From Polyangiales bacterium (GTDB lineage Bacteria; Myxococcota_A; Polyangia; Polyangiales; Polyangiaceae): a stretch of DNA of 64,000 nt. The notes under the pieces were generated by a model that was not told the origin of the DNA, did no database searches, and was given only the letters and a program-made list of their open reading frames with translations. Every line of letters starts with the position of its first letter. Within the stretch, counting starts at the first letter, position 1. The translations under genes were made by a program, and so were the position numbers. The DNA is taken from positions 157,926 through 221,925 of the forward strand of contig JBBRNJ010000003.1 of assembly GCA_038230375.1 (NCBI GenBank), written 5' to 3'. Of the stretch, positions 1 through 11,025 are shown in pieces.

Positions 1-530
<530 letters not shown>

Positions 531-589
531 CGCATTACCACAACGGGGGCCCTTGGCGCACGTGCGCGAACGTTGGTAGAAGAGCACGC

Positions 590-2962
590 ATGTCCTTCGC
601 GTTCCCCGGTGACCGTCCGATCACGCGCGAGCTCCTCGCCGAGCACAAGGTGTCCCCTGACGAGTACGAGCGCGCGAAGGCTGCGCTCGGGCGGGAGCCC
701 ACCTACACGGAGCTCGGCGTCATCAGCGTCATGTGGAGCGAGCACTGCTCCTACAAGTCATCGCGCGTGCATCTGAAGCGCCTGCCCACGAAGGGCCCGA
801 AGGTCGTCGTCGGCCCAGGCGAGAACGCTGGCGCCGTTGACATAGGCGACGGCTACTGCGCGGTCTTCAAGATGGAGTCGCACAATCACCCGAGCTACAT
901 CGAGCCGCACCAGGGAGCCGCCACCGGCGTGGGCGGCATCCTGCGCGACGTGTTCACGATGGGCGCGCGACCAATCGCCAGCTTGAACAGCCTTCGCTTC
1001 GGAAAGCCTTCACACCCGAAGACGGCGGATCTGGTGCGCGGCGTGTCCGCGGGCATTGGCGGCTACGGCAACGCGATCGGCGTTCCCACCGTGGGCGGCG
1101 AGACCCAGTTCGACGAGGCATACGACGGCAACATCCTCGTCAACGCGTTCACGTGTGGTGTCGCCCGGAAGGACGGCCTCTTCTTCGGCCGCGCGACCGG
1201 CACCGGCAATCCCATCCTCTACATCGGCGCAAAGACCGGGCGCGATGGTATCCACGGCGCGACCATGGCGTCCGACGAGTTCGGAGGGGCAAAAGAAGCG
1301 CAAGCAGGGCAAGCCGAGCTGGGGACCGCGGCCTCGATCAGGAAGGGCGAGCGCTCCACCATCCAGGTCGGCGATCCGTTCCTGGGCAAGCTGCTGCTGG
1401 AGGCCTGCCTCGAGCTCTTCACGAACGACGCGCTGGAAGGGATCCAGGACATGGGCGCCGCGGGCCTCACGTCGTCGTCGGTGGAGATGGCGGGGCGTGC
1501 GGGCTCCGGTGTGGAGATCGATCTCGACCTGGTGCCACGTCGCGCGAAGAAGATGATGCCGTACGAGATCCTCCTCAGCGAGTCGCAAGAGCGCATGCTG
1601 CTGGTGGCGAAGAAGGGTCGAGAGCAAGAGGTGCTTGACGTGTGCACGCGCTGGGAGCTCGACGCGGCGGTCATCGGTCATGTGACCGACACGGGGCGAT
1701 GGGTCGTCAAGGCCACGCCCGACTATTGCCCGCTGGCCGACGTGCCCCTCGCGCGCGCGAGCGTGGTCGTGTGCGATCTTCCCACCGACGCGCTCACGGA
1801 CAAGGCGCCGCAATACGATCGTCCACGCGCTCCGTTCAAGACGCGCGCGACGCAGAGCTTCGACAAGGTGGTCACGGATCACCGCGCCACGCTGCTGTCA
1901 CTCCTCGCGTCCGCGAACATCGGCGACAAGGGCGGCATCTTCCGCCAGTACGATCAGATCGTGCGCGGTGGGACGCTGGTTCGCCCGGGTGGTGACGCTG
2001 CAGTGGTGCGCGTGCCGTACGACGCGCCGCGTACGGACGCGTATGTGAAGGATCCGTTCAAGTACCTGGCATTCGCGGTCGACTGCAACGGACGCATGTG
2101 CGAGCTCGATCCCGAGATGGGCGCCAAGATGGCGATCGCGGAGGTGTGCAGGAACCTCGTCGTCACGGGCGCAGAGCCGCTCGGCATCACGGACTGTCTG
2201 AACTTTGCGAACCCGGAGCGGCCGGAGGTGATGGAGTCGTTCGCGCGCGCGGTCGACGGCATGGCCGCGGCATGCAACGCGCTCTCGGTGCCCATCGTGA
2301 GCGGTAACGTGAGCCTCTACAACGAGACCACGCTGCCCGACGGAAAAGGGAAGGTCGCCATCTTCCCCACGCCCAGCGTGGCTGCGGTGGGGCAGCTCCG
2401 CTCCGCTGAAGACATCGTGCGTCCGTGGTTCCGCGCTGCTGGTGACGTGGTGCTTCTGCTTGGTCGCCACGACGACGGTCGCGGCCTTGGCGGCAGCGAG
2501 CTTGGATGTATGTTGCACGGAAAACTGGTGGGCCCCGCGCCCGTCATCGATCTGGATGAAGAGGTGCGCCTGCAGAAGCTGGTGCTCGGCCTCGCACACG
2601 CGCACGTGCTGCAGAGCGCACACGACGTGTCGGACGGTGGTCTGGCGGTCGCGCTCGCCGAGTGCGTGGCCACCGGCCCCGAGCACGAGCACGCGTTCGG
2701 CGCGACCATCGACGAGGCCGCGCTCGGTCCTTCGGTGCAACGCACCGCGTGCCTCTTCGGCGAGGCGCCCACGCGGGTCATCATCTCCGTCACCACCGAC
2801 GCCGCCGCGCGCGTGGAGGCGGATGCGAAGTCCGCGGGCGTGGCTTGCACCAGGGTCGGCGTCACCGCCAGCAAGGACACGCTGCAGCTCGGTGCGTTCG
2901 AAGTGAGCACCGCGGAGATCCGCACAGCACGCAGCCAGGCCCTGTCGTTCGTGTTCGGCTGA
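590..2962 (+). CDS. purL: Phosphoribosylformylglycinamidine synthase subunit PurL
   Basis: [47 protein letters not shown] and HDVSDGG motifs; 790 aa small-PurL type. Confidence 0.98.
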   Translation: MSFAFPGDRPITRELLAEHKVSPDEYERAKAALGREPTYTELGVISVMWSEHCSYKSSRVHLKRLPTKGPKVVVGPGENAGAVDIGDGYCAVFKMESHNHPSYIEPHQGAATGVGGILRDVFTMGARPIASLNSLRFGKPSHPKTADLVRGVSAGIGGYGNAIGVPTVGGETQFDEAYDGNILVNAFTCGVARKDGLFFGRATGTGNPILYIGAKTGRDGIHGATMASDEFGGAKEAQAGQAELGTAASIRKGERSTIQVGDPFLGKLLLEACLELFTNDALEGIQDMGAAGLTSSSVEMAGRAGSGVEIDLDLVPRRAKKMMPYEILLSESQERMLLVAKKGREQEVLDVCTRWELDAAVIGHVTDTGRWVVKATPDYCPLADVPLARASVVVCDLPTDALTDKAPQYDRPRAPFKTRATQSFDKVVTDHRATLLSLLASANIGDKGGIFRQYDQIVRGGTLVRPGGDAAVVRVPYDAPRTDAYVKDPFKYLAFAVDCNGRMCELDPEMGAKMAIAEVCRNLVVTGAEPLGITDCLNFANPERPEVMESFARAVDGMAAACNALSVPIVSGNVSLYNETTLPDGKGKVAIFPTPSVAAVGQLRSAEDIVRPWFRAAGDVVLLLGRHDDGRGLGGSELGCMLHGKLVGPAPVIDLDEEVRLQKLVLGLAHAHVLQSAHDVSDGGLAVALAECVATGPEHEHAFGATIDEAALGPSVQRTACLFGEAPTRVIISVTTDAAARVEADAKSAGVACTRVGVTASKDTLQLGAFEVSTAEIRTARSQALSFVFG

Positions 2963-3005
2963 GCGTGGCGTCGGCTCGCTTCACATCGAACGCGCCGACG
3001 GACCG

Positions 3006-4123
3006 TCACTTCGCGATGCGAATGATTTTGCCGTTCAGGGTGTCGGCCACGTAGACCGCGTTATCGTCGACCGCGATGCTCTCCGGCGTGCCCTTGATCA
3101 CCGCGAAGATCGTTTCTTTCGAATTGCAGCCAGCGATGGCGCACCGGCGGATCGTGCCGTCGTCCAGGTTCGCCCAGTACACGTTGTCGTCGTCCACCGC
3201 GATCGAGGACGGCTTGGGCTGGTTGCGAGCAAGCTCCGTCGAGGTCGTCCCGATGCGGAAGACGATGCCCTCCGCACCGCCAGTCGGTTCGAGCCAGGAT
3301 GTCACGAACGCTGCGTTTCCGTGGACCGCGATTCCGCGCGGCCCGGGCGTGTCATAGCGCAGTGCCACCGCGGCACCGCCGTCCTTGTTCACGGCGAACA
3401 CCGCGCCGGCGTCGTCGTTGCGGTCGCCGGAGAGCCAGAACACCTGGGTGTCGTTCATTGCCAACGGACGCGTGAAGCCCACGGGCGAGGACGCGAGAAG
3501 GACGCTCGCGTCTCCGCACGGCGGGCCGTTGGCAGGGCACGATCTCACCTGATCGGGAGCCTGGGTGGTCCAGTAGACGTTCGTCGCGTCGACGCCGATC
3601 CCATAGGGATAGCTCCCGGGCGTGACCTGCCAGAAGGCCTCGACGGGCGCGGCCGCGGTCGGTGCTGCGCGGAAGACGGTCGAATTCAGGTTGACCGTCC
3701 AGTAGACGTGCGTGGCGTCCACCGCGATGCCGCTCGGCACCCCCGCCTTGGGATATCCCGTCGCGATGGTGACAAGGGTCGCGGCGCACGTGGCGATGAC
3801 GCACGTGCGCACCGTTCCGTTGTCCAAGATCCAGTACGCCGACGGTCCACGCACGGCCAGCCGTCGCACGGTGCTCTCGCCTGGAGCGATGTCGACCGGG
3901 TGTCCGCATGGGCCGTCGCAGGTGGAGGTGGGGATGTCACTCCCGCATCCGCGACGGTGACGGCGTCGACGGCAGCGACATCGGGCGCGCCCGCATCGTC
4001 GGTGGTGGAGGAGTCGGTACCACCGAACGACCCGCACGCTGCGGCGATCGCGATGGTGCCGGCAGCGGCCGCCATCAGCGAAACGACCGCGACACCGGCG
4101 CTTGCTGACGAACGCCTGGCCAT
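3006..4123 (-). pseudogene. Beta-propeller lipoprotein with an apparent 1-nt frameshift near 3942-3944 (pseudogene or sequencing error)
   Basis: Signal peptide/lipobox (MARR...AAAC-GSFGG) and DAG linker lie in the frame of ORF 3686..4123. The IAVDxxxVYW propeller repeats lie in the frame of ORF 3006..4286. One added G in GCGGGAGT joins them as ADAG-SDIPTSTC. Confidence 0.75.
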
Positions 4124-4294
4124 CCCAAGACGGTATCGCTTCGCCCAGGTACCAGCAAACGGTCAGGCCGCTTCGGTGGGCACCTGATGGATCTTCGATC
4201 CCCCAACGGTGGGGGATAACCCATTGGTTTTGGTTGTAACTACATGTACGCACATGACGTATGGTGTGGTCCAGGAGTTGCGTCATCGCTGGAC

Positions 4295-5401
4295 ATGTCC
4301 AAGCGTAGCCTCCTGGTTGCCTCCCTCGGAATCCTCGCCCTCGTCGGCTGCTCGGCGTCGGCGGACGACGCGACGACTGCCCAGGAAGAAGACCTCAACT
4401 CGCTCAAACTCACGCCGACCGTGATCGCGCTTCCGGGTGGCGGTCTGGGTACCGGCGGCATCGGGATCGACGACATGGGCTTTGCGCCCGGTCTCAACCG
4501 CGTCGTCGTTCCGGCCGGCCGCACCGGCAACGTCGACCTCGTCGACATCGACACGCTCGAGGTGAAGTCCGTCGCGGGCTTCAGCGTCGAGAAGCAGTTT
4601 CATGGCAGCCACGACTTTGGCGCCACCTCCGTGACCGAGGCCAACGGGCTCCTCTTCGTTGCCGATCGCACGACGAACACGATGCGAACCGTCGACCCGA
4701 AGAAGGGCGCGCTCGTCGGCAGTGCGGTGAAGTTCGCCGCGTCGCCCGACTATGTCCGCTCCGTTCCCGCTCTTCACGAGATCTGGGTGAGCGAGCCCGA
4801 CAAGCAGCAGATCGAGATCTTCTCCATCCCGAAGGGCGCCACCACGCCGGTTCATACGGGCGTCGTCGCGATCGACGGCGACGGTCCGGAGTCGCTCGTC
4901 ATCGACCACGCCCGCGGGCGTGCGTATACGAATCTCTTCTCGAACGTGACGCTCGCGATCGACCTCAAGTCCCACAAGATCGTGGACCGCTTCACGAACG
5001 CCTGCGCGAAGGACGGCACGGATCCCAACGATCGCGGATCACGCGGCATCGCGGTCGACGAGGCTCGCGGCTTCCTCATCGTCGGCTGCGCGGAGGGCAT
5101 CGCGTCGGTGGTCGACATCACGGTCCCCGGCGGGAAGCGCCTCAGCCAGGTGAAGCTCCCGGGTACGGACGTCGACGTCCTCGCCTTCGATCCGGTGCTG
5201 GGCCACCTCTACGCGACGCCGGGTGAGCGCCTCGCCATTCTCGGTCTCTCGGATCACGGCGTCATCAAGGTCATCGGCACCACGCCGATCCCCACGCAGG
5301 CTCGCTCCGTCGTCGCCGACGGCAAGGGCTTCGTCTACGTCGGTGACCAGAAGGGCAGCGGCCTCCTCCGCTTCCAGGATCCCCTTCCCGCAAGTCACTG
5401 A
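4295..5401 (+). CDS. YVTN/YncE-like beta-propeller lipoprotein
   Basis: MSKRSLLVASLGILALVG-C lipobox; repeats such as GPESLVIDHARGRAY and RGIAVDEARGFLIVGC. Confidence 0.75.
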   Translation: MSKRSLLVASLGILALVGCSASADDATTAQEEDLNSLKLTPTVIALPGGGLGTGGIGIDDMGFAPGLNRVVVPAGRTGNVDLVDIDTLEVKSVAGFSVEKQFHGSHDFGATSVTEANGLLFVADRTTNTMRTVDPKKGALVGSAVKFAASPDYVRSVPALHEIWVSEPDKQQIEIFSIPKGATTPVHTGVVAIDGDGPESLVIDHARGRAYTNLFSNVTLAIDLKSHKIVDRFTNACAKDGTDPNDRGSRGIAVDEARGFLIVGCAEGIASVVDITVPGGKRLSQVKLPGTDVDVLAFDPVLGHLYATPGERLAILGLSDHGVIKVIGTTPIPTQARSVVADGKGFVYVGDQKGSGLLRFQDPLPASH

Positions 5402-5422
5402 ACCAGCTGAACCCCGGCGCTC

Positions 5423-8164
5423 TCACCCAAGGTCGTACAGGACCTCGCTCACCGCCTTCGGGTCAACCGCGCCGAGCTTCAGTCGCTTCGGCTTCGAACG
5501 GCCTTCGTCGTCGACGCCAAGGACGAAGAACACGCGCTCGATCTTCTGCGGATCCGCGTACTCGAGCCCGCCGATCGGGTAGCCGTTGTGCTCGACGATC
5601 GCGGTGACGTTCGCGGAGAAGAACGGCTTGTGATGATAGCCGACGTAGCCGGCGTCCTGTGGTTCTCCGTGGACCCACCCGCTCCGCCGCAGCTTGCCGA
5701 TGAACGCAGCAACCCCCCACTCCTTTTTCGCGAAGCGCGGGCCGAGGTCGTCGCCCTTCGTCTCGTTGGGCTCGAGCGCGTGCACCGGGCGGCCGAGCTG
5801 CGGAAACGGCGCGATGATCTCGTAGTCGCTCATGACCGTGCCCCAGGCGGTCCTTGTGGCCGCATCGAGATCGAGCGGGTGCACGATGCGGATCGTCGCG
5901 CTCTTCGGGATCGCGAACGCCGTGTCCTTCACGTCCGCGGCGGTGCCGTCCTCGGCGATGCGGAAGGTCTTCTCGAGCTTCGCTCCCTTCCACGCGCCCC
6001 ACACGAGCGAGCGCACGAGGTGGCTCATCAGCGGATGGCGGACGAGCAGCGCGTCGAAGTCCGCGGGGCTCCAGGAGCGGCCTTTCACCATGGCCTGCTC
6101 CAGCCGCTCGCCCTGGATCTTCACCGTGTCGCGCAGGCTCTTTTTCAGCGTCTTCCACTCTTCCGTCGCGCGTGCGGCCAGCGCGGCGTCATCCTGCTTC
6201 CCGGGCTTCGGGAGATCCGGTCGCGCCTTGCCGCCCGCTTCCTTCACCATGGGCGCGCCCTCGGCGCCGAGCACGACCTGGAACGAGCGCGCTCCGAACG
6301 ATAGCGTGCGCTTGCCATCCGCGCCGAAGCCGCCGTCAGGGACGATGCGATCTTCGAGCGCGTCGCGACGCATCTTGCGCGCCTTTGCGATCCCGTCCAT
6401 GGCTTCGTTGGCGCGCTGCTTCAGCGCCTGGAACTTCACCTTCTGCGCGATCGACGAGAGCTGGACCAGCGCGACGTCGCTGCCGATCGCACCAAGCACG
6501 TCCAGACCGAAGACCGCTCGTTGGTGCTGGCTCTCACCCGGCCATGCGCGGACCAGCTTCGCGAGCTCGAGTGCGGCCGCGTCGCCGCCGAAGTGCCCGA
6601 GCGCGCCGAGCGCCCACTTGTCCTTGGAGACGGCGCCCGCGCCAAGCCACTTCTCGAAGATCTTGCGGGCGAACGCGTCGCGTGAGGCAGGCGCTGCGTG
6701 CTGGCGGAGCGCGGACACGAGCTCGTGAGGCGCCTCGAGCGGGGAAGCGGCGAGCGCGGAGACGACGAGCTTCGTGTCCTCGTCCTCGAGTCGCTTGCCG
6801 TCGAGCTCGAGCTTCGGAAGTAGAGCGACATCGAGCCACCCTACGGCCTTCAGGCCCTTCGCCTTCGCGAGCCCGCCGGTCAACCACTTTGGCTTCGTGG
6901 TCAGCGGCGCGAGCTTCTGCTCCTTCGCTTCGAGCGTCGCGAGCTTCTGGCCGCTGGCCCTTCCCTTGGCTGCGCGATCGACGACCGTGCCGTGACCTGC
7001 GCGCTTGAGATCGGAGAGGCGCGAAGCGGCGGCCTCTGCGAGGGCACCACGTCCGGCGGCGACGTCGACAAGGCCGGCGACGGCGTGCTCCACGTTCTCC
7101 TCGAACCACCTGACGCCGATTGCGGGCGCCTTCGAGCGCGTTGCGATCTCGAGCATCGGACCGGCATTGTCGGGCGCGTGGACCTTCGCGACGACCTCCG
7201 CGAGCTTTGCGGCGAGCTCCTTGTTCTTTGTCTCCACCACTATCTTCGCCGCATAGTCGAGGCCGGCGTACTCGGTGTGCGCGAGCCACGCGCGCATGTA
7301 CTGGGGCTTGTTGAGAGCGAGCTTCATCCGGCGCACGTGCTTGTCGACGAGCGCCGCGCTTCCCAGCCCGAACACGATCACCTGGGGCACGTGGTAGGCG
7401 GTGTGGTCCCAGCTCGTCGCGTTGTAGCGATCGTCTGCCCACGACTCGACGACGGCGAGCAGCTCGTCGTGCAAGCCGAGCATCGCGGCGAGGATGAACT
7501 CGCCCGAGGGCTCGTCGTAGTAGTCCGCCGAGAAGTTCTTGGGCTTGATCGCGGGGGCAATGCGCTTCAAAAGCTTCGCCCGATCGGCGTCGGTCAGGCG
7601 CGGCATGACGAGGTCGCGAATTCCATCGAGGAACGTGCCTCCGCCATCGAAGCCCGCGGTCCGCGGCCGGCCGTCCAGGAGAAGCTCGACGATCTCGATC
7701 GCCGGAAAGAGCGCGAGGAGCACGTGCCCGATCTCCGGCGGATAGTCGCCCGCGTTGGCCTTGATCGCCTTCTTCACGTCCAAAAGCGACGCCGGCTTCA
7801 GCTTCTTCCTGGAGAGCTCGTCGGCCTTCTGCTTCGGGGTGAGCTTCCGGGAGTCCATCCGCGAGATGAGCATGCTCTCCAGCCAGAACCGCGCCTCGTC
7901 GCGCGACATCGACGGCGAGAGCTGCGCTCCTTCGAAATTCCAGCAGAGGCTCCGCGAGCTGGTCCGAGCCTTCAGTAGACGTGCGCAGCAGTCCTCGAGC
8001 GAGAACTCACTCGACTGCTTCGGCGCCGACGCCATCGGGAACTTTCGCCACGTCGCCCAGCGCCAGTCTGCGTCGTCGAGCGCGATTCCACGGCCGCTCG
8101 GGCTCGCCTTCGCAGGTGTCGCGGTGTCACTGAACGCGAAGTCGCGGCTGGGCATCTGGCTCAT
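5423..8164 (-). CDS. DUF4132 domain-containing protein
   Basis: C-terminal LEDRIVPDGGF...LSFGAR...RLEQAM...W...HPL...LVW...HPLDL...W...DYEI..PFPQLGR is the DUF4132 pattern. Start chosen at MSQMPS (8164); the ORF track extends to 8281. Confidence 0.85.
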   Translation of the reverse strand: MSQMPSRDFAFSDTATPAKASPSGRGIALDDADWRWATWRKFPMASAPKQSSEFSLEDCCARLLKARTSSRSLCWNFEGAQLSPSMSRDEARFWLESMLISRMDSRKLTPKQKADELSRKKLKPASLLDVKKAIKANAGDYPPEIGHVLLALFPAIEIVELLLDGRPRTAGFDGGGTFLDGIRDLVMPRLTDADRAKLLKRIAPAIKPKNFSADYYDEPSGEFILAAMLGLHDELLAVVESWADDRYNATSWDHTAYHVPQVIVFGLGSAALVDKHVRRMKLALNKPQYMRAWLAHTEYAGLDYAAKIVVETKNKELAAKLAEVVAKVHAPDNAGPMLEIATRSKAPAIGVRWFEENVEHAVAGLVDVAAGRGALAEAAASRLSDLKRAGHGTVVDRAAKGRASGQKLATLEAKEQKLAPLTTKPKWLTGGLAKAKGLKAVGWLDVALLPKLELDGKRLEDEDTKLVVSALAASPLEAPHELVSALRQHAAPASRDAFARKIFEKWLGAGAVSKDKWALGALGHFGGDAAALELAKLVRAWPGESQHQRAVFGLDVLGAIGSDVALVQLSSIAQKVKFQALKQRANEAMDGIAKARKMRRDALEDRIVPDGGFGADGKRTLSFGARSFQVVLGAEGAPMVKEAGGKARPDLPKPGKQDDAALAARATEEWKTLKKSLRDTVKIQGERLEQAMVKGRSWSPADFDALLVRHPLMSHLVRSLVWGAWKGAKLEKTFRIAEDGTAADVKDTAFAIPKSATIRIVHPLDLDAATRTAWGTVMSDYEIIAPFPQLGRPVHALEPNETKGDDLGPRFAKKEWGVAAFIGKLRRSGWVHGEPQDAGYVGYHHKPFFSANVTAIVEHNGYPIGGLEYADPQKIERVFFVLGVDDEGRSKPKRLKLGAVDPKAVSEVLYDLG

Positions 8165-8326
8165 CTTGGCGGCGAGAATACACAGCGTCGCGACAAGGCG
8201 CTCGCGTCGCGAAAACGCACCCCCAGACGCGCGTTTTGGAGTCTTTCGCGCCGCTTTCATGATGTGCGTTGATCCTGGCAATGACAGGCGTATTCTTCTG
8301 GTCCTGGCCGGAGCTCAGGAACGTCG

Positions 8327-9682
8327 ATGGGCAAAACGCACTCGCCTCTCCTAGGGTTCAACAACAACGTCAGGCACAAGAACCGGGTCTTCCACATCCA
8401 GACGGAAGACTCGGGCATCAAGCACCCGCACATCATCACCCACCTCTTCATGGATGGCGGTCGCATCCTCAAGAGCGTGAAGAAGTCCTACGCCGAGCAC
8501 GTGGGGACCGACGGGATGCAGGACACCGTCCGGCAGATGATGAAGGAGCAGCACAAGGCGATGTTCATCGCCCTGCGCGACGGTCAGTTCGACTCCGTGG
8601 TGGACGAGCAGGTCGCGAGCAAGGCGAAGTACGACGCGGACACCTCGGCGAAGAGGGGCGGAAAATCGATCGCCCCCGCCGGCGCTGCACCTGCCTCACC
8701 TGCAGGCCCGTCACCGTCTCCGCAGCCTGCGCCGGTCGCTGCTCTGGTCGCTGCTCCGGTCGCTGCTCCAGCCGCTGCTCCCCCCGCTGCTCCCCCCCCC
8801 GCGCCCGACGTCGAGGTCAAAGGCGCCGACACGAAGCGCGAGAGCGTCGCTCCGGCGGTGCAACCTCAGTCGGTGCCCACGGACACGCAGAAGATGGGGT
8901 CGCGGCCGCCACCCGAGGCCCCGCCGCCTGCACGCCCCGCGTCCACTCCGCCGAAGGCTCCTTCCGCTCCACCAGCGCGTCCTTCCGCGCGTCCCGCGAA
9001 TCCTGCTCCCGCGAGCCCATCCCTGGAAGTGTCGCTCTCCGCCGCCGCACCGCCCGTGTCCGACGGCGTGCCACGCTACCCCACGCCGGGCAAGCAACGG
9101 CTTGTCGTGCTGCCAGAGGCGGACGAGGCGCAGCCGAACACGATGCGGGATCCGGAGCCGCCGCCTCCGCTGCTCGACCTCGATCTGAACGCGAGCCCGC
9201 AGCCGCCGCGGATGGCGGACGCCGATCTGTTCCGCGCGAACGATCTGCCGCCTCCTCCGCAGAACCTGCTCAAGCGCAAGGACCTCAACGATCGCAACAC
9301 CTATCGCGGAGGTGGCGAAGAGGAGCACGTGCGGCCGAAGTCCGCTCCACCGCCGAAGCCTCCGCAGCGCCGCTCGCAGCCCGCGCCCGCTCCCGTCACG
9401 GCCAGGGGACGCCCCGTGGCGCCCGCGCCCGCACCGACACCCGGCCGCTTCACACCCGGCGTGGCCAGCGCCAGCTCTGGCAGCGGCTCCGGCAGCATCC
9501 CGAGCACCAGCCCGAGCAGTGCGCCCGCGCGCTACGCCCCTGCGCGCCCTGCGAGCATCTTCGGTTCGTCGCGCGGCAAGGCCTCGCTCTTCGGCGATGA
9601 CCTGGTCACTGACAAGTCCCTCGACGAGGTGATCTTGAGCTACCTCGCCGAGGACCTGGAGCAGGCCCCCAAGAAGAAATAG
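8327..9682 (+). CDS. Myxobacterial hypothetical protein: globular N-domain, long Pro/Ala-rich linker, short C-terminal motif
   Basis: N-term LGFNNNVRHKNRVFHIQTEDSG...HLF.DGG; C-term FGDDLVTDKSLDEVILSYLAEDL; AGGA RBS before the ATG. Confidence 0.8.
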   Translation: MGKTHSPLLGFNNNVRHKNRVFHIQTEDSGIKHPHIITHLFMDGGRILKSVKKSYAEHVGTDGMQDTVRQMMKEQHKAMFIALRDGQFDSVVDEQVASKAKYDADTSAKRGGKSIAPAGAAPASPAGPSPSPQPAPVAALVAAPVAAPAAAPPAAPPPAPDVEVKGADTKRESVAPAVQPQSVPTDTQKMGSRPPPEAPPPARPASTPPKAPSAPPARPSARPANPAPASPSLEVSLSAAAPPVSDGVPRYPTPGKQRLVVLPEADEAQPNTMRDPEPPPPLLDLDLNASPQPPRMADADLFRANDLPPPPQNLLKRKDLNDRNTYRGGGEEEHVRPKSAPPPKPPQRRSQPAPAPVTARGRPVAPAPAPTPGRFTPGVASASSGSGSGSIPSTSPSSAPARYAPARPASIFGSSRGKASLFGDDLVTDKSLDEVILSYLAEDLEQAPKKK

Positions 9683-9713
9683 CTCTCGATCTCCCGCCCG
9701 CAATACGTGTAGA

Positions 9714-10907
9714 TTACACCTTCTCGAGGATGATCGCGAGGCCCTGGCCGCCACCGATGCTCGCGCTGCCGACGGCGTACTTGCCGCCGCGACGCGCGAG
9801 CTCGTAGACCAGGTGCGTCGTGATGCGTGCGCCGCTCGCGCCGAGCGGGTGCCCGAGCGCGATCGCGCCGCCGTTCACGTTCGTCTTCGAGCGGTCGAGG
9901 CCGAGCTCCTTCTCCACCGCGAGGTACTGCGCGGAGAACGCCTCGTTCACTTCGACGAGGTCCATGTCGGCGAGCTTCAGGTCCGCGCGGGAGAGTGCGT
10001 TCTTGATCGCCGGTGCCGGGCCGATGCCCATGATGGTGGGGTCCACGCCCGCCACGCCCCACTGCGTGATGCGCGCGAGCGGTGTGAGGCCCTTGGCCTT
10101 CGCGTACTCCTCCGTGACGAGCACGAGAGACGCCGCGCCGTCGCAGATGCCCGAAGCATTGCCGGCCGTGACCACGCCGTCCTTCTTGAAGACGGGCGGG
10201 AGCTTCGCGAGCGTCTCCATCGTTGTCTGCGGACGCGGGTGCTCATCGACCGTGAACTGGGTGGTGGCCTTCTTCGTGACGAGCTCCACCGGCGTGATCT
10301 CGTCCTTGAACGTGCCCTTCTCGTTCGCGGCGGCCCAGCGCTTCTGGCTGGTGAGCGCGTACTCATCCACGTCCGTGCGGCTGATGTTGTACTTGGTGGC
10401 CAGGTTCTCGGCCGTGACCGCCATGGGCAGGTTGCAGTAGCTGTCGGTGAGCGCGCTCCAGAGGGAGTCCTCCACCTGCGGGGATTTACCGAACGGCCAG
10501 CCATCGCGACCGCCGCGAAGGACGTGCGGCGCCTGGCTCATGTTCTCCGTGCCGGAGACAAGCACGGCCTGCGTCTCGCCGAGGAGCAGCTGCTCCGCGC
10601 CATTGATGATCGCCTGGAAGCCCGAGCCGCAGAGGCGGTTCACGGTGAGCGCGGGCGTCGTGATCGGCAGGCCTGACTTGAGACCGATGTGGCGCGCGCA
10701 GTAGATCGCGTCGGGGCTGGTCTGCTGGACGTTGCCGACGATGACGTGGCCGATGTCCTCCAGCGCAATCTTGCTCTGCGCAAGGGCGGCCTTGCTCGCA
10801 ATCACAGCAAGGTCGTTCGCCGAGAGCCCCTTCAGGGCTCCATTCATGGTGCCGAATGCCGTGCGCTTCGCGCCGACGATGACGATCGATTTACCGAGCT
10901 TGGCCAT
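9714..10907 (-). CDS. Acetyl-CoA C-acyltransferase (thiolase, T1/ACAA2-like); second catalytic Cys appears replaced by Ser
   Basis: NRLCGSG, VTAGNASG, NEAF and GGAIALGHP motifs present; C-terminal motif reads GSASIGGGQG instead of GSACIGGGQG. Confidence 0.93.
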   Translation of the reverse strand: MAKLGKSIVIVGAKRTAFGTMNGALKGLSANDLAVIASKAALAQSKIALEDIGHVIVGNVQQTSPDAIYCARHIGLKSGLPITTPALTVNRLCGSGFQAIINGAEQLLLGETQAVLVSGTENMSQAPHVLRGGRDGWPFGKSPQVEDSLWSALTDSYCNLPMAVTAENLATKYNISRTDVDEYALTSQKRWAAANEKGTFKDEITPVELVTKKATTQFTVDEHPRPQTTMETLAKLPPVFKKDGVVTAGNASGICDGAASLVLVTEEYAKAKGLTPLARITQWGVAGVDPTIMGIGPAPAIKNALSRADLKLADMDLVEVNEAFSAQYLAVEKELGLDRSKTNVNGGAIALGHPLGASGARITTHLVYELARRGGKYAVGSASIGGGQGLAIILEKV

Positions 10908-11025
10908 GGGAATGTCTCCGTTCGCCGGCACTCTTAGCACCGCGCGAGGAAGAGGGAAGCCTCGCGCTTGGTGGCAAAGCGGCAGCCGGTCGCTGCGCTC
11001 CGGCCGCGCATGCTAAGTTTTGAGC

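Noticed and set aside
4200..4217. Small hairpin CCCCCA-acgg-TGGGGG in a divergent promoter region
   Set aside because: Low-complexity stem with no U-tract; no function can be assigned.
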